IMG/VR virus record: IMGVR_UViG_3300031992_000079
Location: 12,269-76,268 of that record
Length of the DNA: 64,000 nucleotides
Source: a virus
Lineage: Duplodnaviria > Caudoviricetes
Strand: one strand, 5' to 3'
A model generated the notes under the pieces. That model saw only the letters and a list, made by a program, of their open reading frames with translations. It was not told where the DNA came from and did no database searches. Shown here one piece after another: positions 1 through 6,229 of this stretch (its first letter is position 1; each line of letters starts with the position of its first letter). The translations under genes and the position numbers were made by a program.

Positions 1-324
1 AGGACCATTAGATACTTCTTCATATCCCAGTAGCAATAACTGGTTTACTACTTCCTCAGGTATAAATTTCCTAATCAATGTAGAAGCAATTAATAGAGTA
101 TCCTTGCTTATGCTATAAATCCTGCAACTGCCTATAGCATTATTGGTGTTGTAATAAAGAGTATAGAAGCTTATTAAATTATCACTATAAACAGCTCGTG
201 CTTTATCCAGTTGTTCAAAACTCTTAATGATACGAAATCCAATACCCTTTAATAATTCTGTTAGTATCTTTAACTCATCTAATGCTTTATCTACAGCAGT
301 CCTATTAAATACTATATGAGTCAT
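1..324 (-). CDS. Small hypothetical protein, paralog family A (partial; runs off the window edge)
   Basis: Not in the ORF track. ATG at 324 overlaps the TGA of 321..656. Open for 108 codons to position 1: MTHIVFNR...LKILTELLKGIGF...IPEEVVNQLLLLGYEE, sharing GIGF and IPEE..NQLLLLGYE motifs with the two neighbours. Confidence 0.8.
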   Translation of the reverse strand, partial: MTHIVFNRTAVDKALDELKILTELLKGIGFRIIKSFEQLDKARAVYSDNLISFYTLYYNTNNAIGSCRIYSISKDTLLIASTLIRKFIPEEVVNQLLLLGYEEVSNGP

Positions 325-656
325 TTTATTTCTCTCTCATAATCAAGCCATTTACCATCATCATTCTCATATCCTAGAAGTAGTAACTGATTTATCATTT
401 CTTCAGGTATGACTCCTGCATTTAATGTAGAAGTGAATAATAAGATGTTATTCATTTTGCGGTAGACATAGCAGTTACCAACTGTCATTCTGTCTAATTT
501 GATGTTATAGCAGTCTACAACATGATACATTGCCTCCATTGCTCTATCTAAGCAATCTTCAATAGTTCTAGTAGTATAGATATTAAAACCTATACCTTGT
601 AATACTGTTCTTAAATACTCTGCTTCTTCCTGTGCTTTATTTGCTAGATTCTTCAT
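321..656 (-). CDS. Small hypothetical protein, paralog family A
   Basis: 111-aa ORF with YLRTVLQGIGF and IPEEMINQLLLLGYE..KWLDYE; overlaps its neighbours. Confidence 0.8.
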   Translation of the reverse strand: MKNLANKAQEEAEYLRTVLQGIGFNIYTTRTIEDCLDRAMEAMYHVVDCYNIKLDRMTVGNCYVYRKMNNILLFTSTLNAGVIPEEMINQLLLLGYENDDGKWLDYEREIK

Positions 657-981
657 TTATTGCTACCTCATATTCAAGCCAGTTATTAGCTTCAACCTCA
701 AAACCAAATAACAATAATTCAGTTATTATCTTTTCAGGTATAGTAGATGGATTTAATATAATATTCACTTTTGCAGGTCTGCTAGATGGAACAAGAAGAA
801 CACATTCACCAATTACATCTTTATCTATACAGACATCAAAAACATGTGTTAGAAAGTAACGTGATGCTCCATCTATAGTAATTTTAATGTCATTAGCTTC
901 GTTAATAAAAGAGAAACCAATACCACCTAATAATTGTTTTAGGAAATTGAGCTCATCCTGCAGTTTCTGCACTATAATCAT
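637..981 (-). CDS. Small hypothetical protein, paralog family A
   Basis: 114-aa ORF with FLKQLLGGIGF and IPEKIITELLLFGFE..NWLEYE. Confidence 0.8.
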   Translation of the reverse strand: MIIVQKLQDELNFLKQLLGGIGFSFINEANDIKITIDGASRYFLTHVFDVCIDKDVIGECVLLVPSSRPAKVNIILNPSTIPEKIITELLLFGFEVEANNWLEYEVAINEESSK

Positions 982-984
982 ATG

Positions 985-1284
985 CTATTTCTTCATTAAG
1001 GTAATTAAACCAGTATTCCATACAGTGTTTTCTTCTGGTTCTATTGTTGTATCAATTATCAATGCAATCATCTTAGCTACTTCTTCTGAAACGTATCTAG
1101 GATTATAAGACCATACTCCTCTGCTTCTACCAGCAGTAACTAGTCTTATTCCATTAAACCTGCCTATTGCATAAGGATCTACAGCAACAAAGTAATGATT
1201 AACTTCTACAACTTCTGGATAGTAACTAAGATGTATATTCTCTCTAAGTACTTTAAGTACTGCATCTAACATTTCCTGGTTCAT
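985..1284 (-). CDS. Hypothetical protein
   Basis: 99-aa ORF, tightly packed in the - strand small-gene array, with an AGGA-like RBS. Confidence 0.7.
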   Translation of the reverse strand: MNQEMLDAVLKVLRENIHLSYYPEVVEVNHYFVAVDPYAIGRFNGIRLVTAGRSRGVWSYNPRYVSEEVAKMIALIIDTTIEPEENTVWNTGLITLMKK

Positions 1285-1640
1285 TCTAATAATTTCCTAT
1301 GCTTGCTTAATCTGCTTAATCCCCATATATAAACATATTCAACTTTAGCTTGAGGTACTATTTGCTGTATCTCATCTATCATACGAGGTGCTACAGCTGA
1401 ATTTACTTTTAGAAAAACATAAAATACTTCTAGCTCATTTGTAATACCTATAGTCATTATTCTGGTTCTTGCTTTTCCTGCATCAAGCAGTAAATCTATT
1501 GTTATAAAGAATTTTGTTTTTGTAGAACGATAAGGATCATTACTTAACATTATTCCTTCATTGTTGAAATACTTATTAATCACATTTGTTATAGGCAATA
1601 TATAAACAGAATACAGAGGTTCATCTAATGGATAAATCAT
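1281..1640 (-). CDS. Hypothetical protein
   Basis: 119-aa ORF with GGAG RBS upstream of the ATG at 1640. Confidence 0.7.
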   Translation of the reverse strand: MIYPLDEPLYSVYILPITNVINKYFNNEGIMLSNDPYRSTKTKFFITIDLLLDAGKARTRIMTIGITNELEVFYVFLKVNSAVAPRMIDEIQQIVPQAKVEYVYIWGLSRLSKHRKLLE

Positions 1641-1656
1641 ATAAACTCCAGAGAAT

Positions 1657-1677
1657 AAAAAAGGTGCCTAAGCACCT
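1657..1677 (-). terminator. Intrinsic terminator-like hairpin
   Basis: On the - strand: AGGTGC-TTAG-GCACCT followed by TTTTT. Confidence 0.6.
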
Positions 1678-1680
1678 ATT

Positions 1681-1702
1681 TCACCAAACCAGCGAAGCTG
1701 GT
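1681..1702 (-). promoter_or_regulatory. Candidate N4-type vRNAP hairpin promoter (hairpin on + strand = template; leftward transcription)
   Basis: + strand TCAC-CAA-ACCAGC-GAA-GCTGGT: 6-bp stem with C-GAA-G triloop, G at -8 and C at +1 by N4 numbering. Confidence 0.55.
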
Positions 1703-2076
1703 CAGAAGTATTCTCTTCCTATTGGAGAGATATTCATAAGCCCTACCCAGAAGCCCATAAGCCTTAACTGCTTTATTACATTGTTACATTTATTCTTTCT
1801 GCGTCTGTCCTTAAGGTCTATCCAGATATGTGATGCTTCATCAGAGTATCTGTTTACATCAACTCCTATACCATCACATGTTATTGTCCTGCCATTGATA
1901 CAAGTTTCATAATTAAAACGCACAGTAACCTTATTGGCTTTAAGAACTTGTTCAATAACTTCAGCTAATGCTTTTGTGGCATCTGCTACCTGCTGGTTTG
2001 TTTCAGTAGCACTAAACATCTTATCAGGTATATAACTAGTCATATGCTTCTTCCTCACCTCGTATGCAGAAACCAA
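1702..2076 (-). CDS. Hypothetical protein (true start may be the downstream MTSYIP)
   Basis: 124-aa ORF; C-terminal QLRLMGF resembles the family A end motif. Confidence 0.65.
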   Translation of the reverse strand: MVSAYEVRKKHMTSYIPDKMFSATETNQQVADATKALAEVIEQVLKANKVTVRFNYETCINGRTITCDGIGVDVNRYSDEASHIWIDLKDRRRKNKCNNVIKQLRLMGFWVGLMNISPIGREYF

Positions 2077-2347
2077 GAAGTTTAGCCATATCTAAAGCAT
2101 TAGGATGTAAATACTTCCTAAGTACCTTGAAAGTATATCCTGAGATACATACTCTTACAGTAGGATGTTCATAGTCTGAATAATCCCTGTCAAAGTAAGC
2201 TATGTATTGGAATATAGGGTCACTCCTATTAGTCCATACAATAAAGCCAGACATGCATCTGTAATTAGTCTCAATCCTTACTTTATCTGGCTCTAGAAAT
2301 AATCCTTTAAGCATAGTCTGAATCTTTTCCCATTCTGCTTTTTTCAT
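2036..2347 (-). CDS. Hypothetical protein
   Basis: 103-aa ORF, ATGA-coupled to the upstream ORF; ends MAKLLGF. Confidence 0.7.
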   Translation of the reverse strand: MKKAEWEKIQTMLKGLFLEPDKVRIETNYRCMSGFIVWTNRSDPIFQYIAYFDRDYSDYEHPTVRVCISGYTFKVLRKYLHPNALDMAKLLGFCIRGEEEAYD

Positions 2348-2589
2348 CTTATATTCACCTTTTTATCTGACACTAATCCAAATGCTCTTATTAAAGCTTC
2401 TCTATCAATATCATAATTAAACTTCTTAAGCCTGTTAATGAATACCTCTATTGAATCCTTTTTCTCTACTGCTACTGTATCAAGATAAAAATCTCCTGTA
2501 GCAGAATAAATGGTCATAGTTTCATTCTCAAATCCCTTCCTTACAGGACAATCTGTAAAACCAGATAAAACACTCTCTATGGTGTCCAT
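2344..2589 (-). CDS. Hypothetical protein
   Basis: 81-aa ORF with GGAG RBS, in the array. Confidence 0.65.
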   Translation of the reverse strand: MDTIESVLSGFTDCPVRKGFENETMTIYSATGDFYLDTVAVEKKDSIEVFINRLKKFNYDIDREALIRAFGLVSDKKVNIR

Positions 2590-2861
2590 GGTACTCCTTG
2601 TATCTCTACATCTGGCAGTGCCAGTGTAACTGCTTTAATAAACTCTGTATTGCCCTTAAATCCAGGGATAAGGACATAGAGACCATCATAGTATTTAATA
2701 ACATTTGCTATTTCAGTATTGTGCTTATGTATAGTATAACTATGTGTATATCCACCTTTAGACAAGGTTATAGTAGTTTTCTCTTTAAATATACATTCAG
2801 CTATCTTATTTATCTTTCTAAGTATATCTACTGTATCTTTATTTTCTAAGTACTTAAACAT
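2577..2861 (-). CDS. Hypothetical protein, distant member of paralog family B
   Basis: 94-aa ORF; C-terminal FIKAVTLALPDVEI parallels LASALKLAYPDAKV of family B. Confidence 0.65.
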   Translation of the reverse strand: MFKYLENKDTVDILRKINKIAECIFKEKTTITLSKGGYTHSYTIHKHNTEIANVIKYYDGLYVLIPGFKGNTEFIKAVTLALPDVEIQGVPWTP

Positions 2862-3114
2862 GTTCTATCGTCCATACTTTTGCATCTGGGTAAGCTAATT
2901 TAAGAGCACTTGCTAATTGCATATCTTTTTCAAAATTGCTAATAGTAACAATAAGTGAGTCATCCTCTAATTCATCTACTGTAATATAAATATCAGGGTG
3001 TGTATCATCATGGAATCTGTATCCACTATGAAGCCGTTCGTATTTAGGTGAGAGATCTAAACCAGTTATCTGGTTTATTATCTTAGTTATATTCTCAATG
3101 TTGTTTATGCACAT
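2854..3114 (-). CDS. Hypothetical protein, paralog family B
   Basis: 86 aa, clearly alignable with 3142..3396 (ITKIINQ.TGL.L.PK, YRF, DIYITVDE, KDMQL..ALKL.YP). Confidence 0.8.
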   Translation of the reverse strand: MCINNIENITKIINQITGLDLSPKYERLHSGYRFHDDTHPDIYITVDELEDDSLIVTISNFEKDMQLASALKLAYPDAKVWTIEHV

Positions 3115-3141
3115 ATAACTATTACCTCTTTTTCTAAATAT

Positions 3142-3396
3142 TTAAGCATATCTTGTCATCCATATTCTTGCATTAGGGTAAACCAGTTTAAGTGCCTTTA
3201 CTAATTGCATATCTTTATCAAACTTACTGATAGTAAAAGAAAGCTCATTATCTTTTATTTCATCTACTGTAATGTATATGTCAAAATGCTCTTCATCATA
3301 AAACCTGTATCTGCTATCCCATTTACACTTAGGTTTAAGATTCAAGCCAGTTACCTGGTTTATTATCTTGGTAATACTTTCAATATCTATACACAT
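3142..3396 (-). CDS. Hypothetical protein, paralog family B
   Basis: 84 aa; recent tandem duplicate of 2854..3114. Confidence 0.8.
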   Translation of the reverse strand: MCIDIESITKIINQVTGLNLKPKCKWDSRYRFYDEEHFDIYITVDEIKDNELSFTISKFDKDMQLVKALKLVYPNARIWMTRYA

Positions 3397-3659
3397 ATAA
3401 TCACCATCATATCTGGGAACATAAGAAGCAAACTACGAAGAAACTGCTTATTCTTATAATAATTCATATTCCTTATCTCAAGCTCTTGACAAGTCTTCTT
3501 GTTTACAAAGCTCATGATTGCTTCACCATTTACAAAGTAATGAAACTCTTCCCACTTCTCATATCCTAACTCCATGTTCTGTCTTACAGTTCTGCATCTT
3601 AGCTTAAAGTAACCTTCTATAAGCTTCTTAACTAGTTTCACATCATAAGGTAGTCTCAT
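3387..3659 (-). CDS. Hypothetical protein, distant member of family B
   Basis: 90 aa; ends FLRSLLLMFPDMMV; GAGG RBS. Confidence 0.65.
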   Translation of the reverse strand: MRLPYDVKLVKKLIEGYFKLRCRTVRQNMELGYEKWEEFHYFVNGEAIMSFVNKKTCQELEIRNMNYYKNKQFLRSLLLMFPDMMVIICV

Positions 3660-3699
3660 ACTTAATCATCCTCAGGAAGGGCACTGTAGGTACCCTAAA

Positions 3700-4035
3700 T
3701 TAAAACAAATCACGTACCCATGTAGGGATGTAGCTCTCTGTTGGTTTTGGTTCAACTACAGAGCTTTTAAGAGTACTTGCTGATAGTTTGCATCCCATAA
3801 GCATTAGTGCATCTATATCATGACAATCTTCTGGATAGGCATCTGTCTTCCATACTGATATTGTATCTCCTTTGTAAGATGACCAGTAGAAGACACATAG
3901 AGTACATACACCACTATCCTTTGGGTAAGCCAGAGTACCTGCTGTTGTTCTGTTATGTTCTAATGTATAACCTCTGCTCATAAGGTACTTAAGACACTTA
4001 GCATAAAGTTGTTTGTAGTCCATGTAATACTCCAA
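3700..4035 (-). CDS. Hypothetical protein, first gene of the small-gene array (likely ATG at 4023)
   Basis: 111-aa ORF; GGAG RBS precedes the ATG at 4023. Confidence 0.65.
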   Translation of the reverse strand: MEYYMDYKQLYAKCLKYLMSRGYTLEHNRTTAGTLAYPKDSGVCTLCVFYWSSYKGDTISVWKTDAYPEDCHDIDALMLMGCKLSASTLKSSVVEPKPTESYIPTWVRDLF

Positions 4036-4047
4036 TTCTTAATAAAA

Positions 4048-4068
4048 TCACAGGAGGGGCGAAGCCCC
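4048..4068 (-). promoter_or_regulatory. Candidate N4-type vRNAP hairpin promoter heading the small-gene array
   Basis: + strand TCAC-AGGA-GGGGC-GAA-GCCCC: 5-bp stem, GAA triloop, C at +1. The predicted transcript leads straight into the RBS and ATG of 3700..4035. Confidence 0.6.
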
Positions 4069-4080
4069 CTAAAAAAAGTA

Positions 4081-4109
4081 TTGACATTCAGTAAATTTAA
4101 CTATATCCT
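4081..4109 (+). promoter_or_regulatory. Sigma70-like promoter, divergent from the hairpin promoter
   Basis: TTGACA-17 nt-TATCCT, preceded by an A tract; no + strand ORF follows. Confidence 0.55.
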
Positions 4110-4169
4110 GCGGATAGCAGGGGTGGTTGGTTGGTTGGGGGAAACCTTTAATAGTATAAGAATACTATA

Positions 4170-4186
4170 AACCCCCGAAGGGGGTT
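4170..4186 (-). terminator. Probable terminator of the lysis cassette
   Basis: On the - strand: AACCCC-C(TTCG)G-GGGTT, a UUCG tetraloop hairpin followed by TTATAGTATT, downstream of the Rz stop. Confidence 0.5.
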
Positions 4187-4234
4187 ATATAGTAAATATA
4201 GGGAGATTAGATAGTAATAGGGTACCCTAAGGGT

Positions 4235-4672
4235 CTAGTTAAGATCCTTTATAGAGCACTGTTTGATAAGGGCGTTATGCTTAAGTACTAGGGAGTCACA
4301 TTCTCTTGCAAGATCCAGAGATCTCTTAATCTGCTCTCGTAGTTGGGTGTCTCTGTAACAAGTAAGATGGGATTTATCTCTACCTGAGGACACTCCCTTA
4401 CTGGCACTGCTGCTGTGCATGCACTTAACAGTGTTAGCAAGCTTAGCATTACTAAGATCTTCATTTCTCTTCTTAAGCTCCTCTATCTGCTTGATGTATT
4501 CCTCTATAGCAGCATTGGAGGCTTCTCTGAGTTTACTCTCCTCTTTACGCAGTTCTGTGTAGTAACTGGTACGATACTCTGTTAAGCCAGAGTTGTAGCC
4601 AGTATTGTAAAGCCAGAGAGAGTAGAATACAAGTACTGTTGAGATACCTGCTATGCTGTAGATTAGGTTCAT
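4235..4672 (-). CDS. rz: Inner-membrane spanin (Rz-like)
   Basis: N-terminal transmembrane segment, coiled-coil periplasmic region with Cys residues, directly after the endolysin, and an embedded lipoprotein gene. Confidence 0.8.
   Translation of the reverse strand: MNLIYSIAGISTVLVFYSLWLYNTGYNSGLTEYRTSYYTELRKEESKLREASNAAIEEYIKQIEELKKRNEDLSNAKLANTVKCMHSSSASKGVSSGRDKSHLTCYRDTQLREQIKRSLDLARECDSLVLKHNALIKQCSIKDLN
4288..4464 (-). CDS. rz1: Outer-membrane spanin lipoprotein (Rz1-like), embedded out of frame in Rz
   Basis: Not in the ORF track. 58 aa MKILVMLSLLTLLSA^CTAAVPVRECPQVEINPILL..., with signal peptide II and LSAC lipobox. Confidence 0.85.
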   Translation of the reverse strand: MKILVMLSLLTLLSACTAAVPVRECPQVEINPILLVTETPNYESRLRDLWILQENVTP

Positions 4673-5091
4673 GATACAAACAAGTCTCTCTCTGCATCTC
4701 TGCGTTTCTCTAAACCTTTAGAGGGTTTATGATTAGCATAGATCCACTTGTTAAACTGCTCTGCTGCTGCTGCATACCAGTTCTTTCTAAGATACTTAAA
4801 CATAGTAGATGTTCTGAATGCTTGAATACCTATATTGAACATAAAGCAAATCAAGGCATCATACTGATTCTGAGAAAGGGCGAAGCCATAAGAATTAAGA
4901 GCATCTTCAAACTTAGATAAGTCCTGCTTAAGTAACTCCTCTGCTTTATCCTGGGTTATCTTATCTCCCTTATTTACTCCTTCAGTATGACCATATCCAA
5001 TAGTCCATACTCCAGCAGGACATAAGTAAGCAGTAAGCTTACAGCCTTCAAATTGTTTAATAAGGTTAATACCCTTCTCACTTATATTCAT
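4669..5091 (-). CDS. Endolysin, GH24 phage lysozyme (T4/lambdoid R21/P1-like)
   Basis: FEGCKLTAYLCPAGVWTIGYGHT gives an E-x8-C-x5-T triad; also FNIG..AF..STM and GL..RR..ER motifs. Confidence 0.92.
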   Translation of the reverse strand: MNISEKGINLIKQFEGCKLTAYLCPAGVWTIGYGHTEGVNKGDKITQDKAEELLKQDLSKFEDALNSYGFALSQNQYDALICFMFNIGIQAFRTSTMFKYLRKNWYAAAAEQFNKWIYANHKPSKGLEKRRDAERDLFVS

Positions 5092-5399
5092 TTGTTCAAT
5101 ATCTCCTGTAAGGAATATATCTTGTTAAGGTCATTCTCTTGGATATGCACTTTACCTGCTAATTGCTCTTTAGAATCTTCATCTTTAAGAGTATAGATAT
5201 TATGGTATCCCTCTACTAGGAAGAACTTGTAATAGCCATTAGCATTAGTTTTATAGGCACTCCTTAAGCCTTTAACACTACCTTTGGAATCAGTAGCTTC
5301 AGCAATAATAGTATAAGACTTTAAGGGATTTTTCATAGGGTCTAATAAGTAACCCTGTAACTGTGCTGTAATAGGATTCTTAGATGTATATGTGGTCAT
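5088..5399 (-). CDS. Stand-alone transthyretin/prealbumin-like domain resembling the N-terminus of lambda Stf-type tail fibres
   Basis: LQGYLLDP..NPL..YTI.A.A...T.ANGYY.F.L.EG.HNIY pattern. Confidence 0.5.
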   Translation of the reverse strand: MTTYTSKNPITAQLQGYLLDPMKNPLKSYTIIAEATDSKGSVKGLRSAYKTNANGYYKFFLVEGYHNIYTLKDEDSKEQLAGKVHIQENDLNKIYSLQEILNK

Positions 5400-5466
5400 T
5401 CTGGTTTCCTTGTTTTACTGGTTTAGTCCGCTATAATAAGATTAAATCAGTTATGGCAAGGAATTT

Positions 5467-5724
5467 ATGGGTAAGAGAAAATACAACATTGAAACAGAGA
5501 GTTATCAATGTAATGAAGTTAATATCTTCTCAGAGTATGATAATGAAGAGGATTTAAGAAGAGCTTACAGAGCATTTGTTAAGGAGAATGGAACCAGTAC
5601 CTTCATTAACAGACACTTTACTCTGAGGATGAATGAACTGGATATGATTTACAATGCTAATGCAAGCTCTAAAGAACTACTGGCTAAAAGAAGAGATGAA
5701 ATAGGTTATACACACCTTAGTTAG
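5467..5724 (+). CDS. Hypothetical protein with its own putative promoter
   Basis: 85 aa; AAGGA RBS; TATAAT at ~5431 with TTGTTT 16 nt upstream. Confidence 0.6.
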   Translation: MGKRKYNIETESYQCNEVNIFSEYDNEEDLRRAYRAFVKENGTSTFINRHFTLRMNELDMIYNANASSKELLAKRRDEIGYTHLS

Positions 5725-6151
5725 TAGAACCAAATCCTCCATCACCTCTGCCTGTAACAGACAGTTCATTAGCTATCTCAATATCTACTTTCTTGAAAGG
5801 TACAATAAGTACCTGAAAGGCTCTTTCACCTCTCTTAAATCTAATAGTATCTCCCCAGGAGTTCTCTCCCTGTTCATCAATTACAATGTGAGCAATCCAC
5901 TCACCTCTGTAATCAGCATCAATAACTCCTACAGTATTCCTAAGAGCAATACCTCTCATACCAGCAGAAGAACGAGGCAGCAACAAGGCTACATGACCCT
6001 CTGGCACTTCAGCAGCAAAGCCAAGATTGATTACTGTATCTCTGCCTACTACCAGTTCTACATCCTCCTGAAAGTAAATATCTAAGCCACCAGAGAGGTC
6101 TCTCTTATACTCTGGCTTAATGAAGTTATCTACTAAAGGCAAAATCTTCAT
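5717..6151 (-). CDS. dut: Trimeric dUTPase
   Basis: Motifs SGGLD, PRSS, GVIDADYRGE, Q, and RGDGGFGST. Confidence 0.95.
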   Translation of the reverse strand: MKILPLVDNFIKPEYKRDLSGGLDIYFQEDVELVVGRDTVINLGFAAEVPEGHVALLLPRSSAGMRGIALRNTVGVIDADYRGEWIAHIVIDEQGENSWGDTIRFKRGERAFQVLIVPFKKVDIEIANELSVTGRGDGGFGSTN

Positions 6152-6172
6152 AAAAAATTTCCTTAAAAATAG

Positions 6173-6202
6173 TTGACATTATCAAAAATGCTTATTTAGG
6201 AT
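6173..6202 (+). promoter_or_regulatory. Sigma70-like late promoter of the portal/capsid operon
   Basis: TTGACA-18 nt-TAGGAT, the same spacing as the candidates at 16945 and 21684. Confidence 0.5.
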
Positions 6203-6229
6203 TCCCAACAATTTTTATGGGAGTCACTA

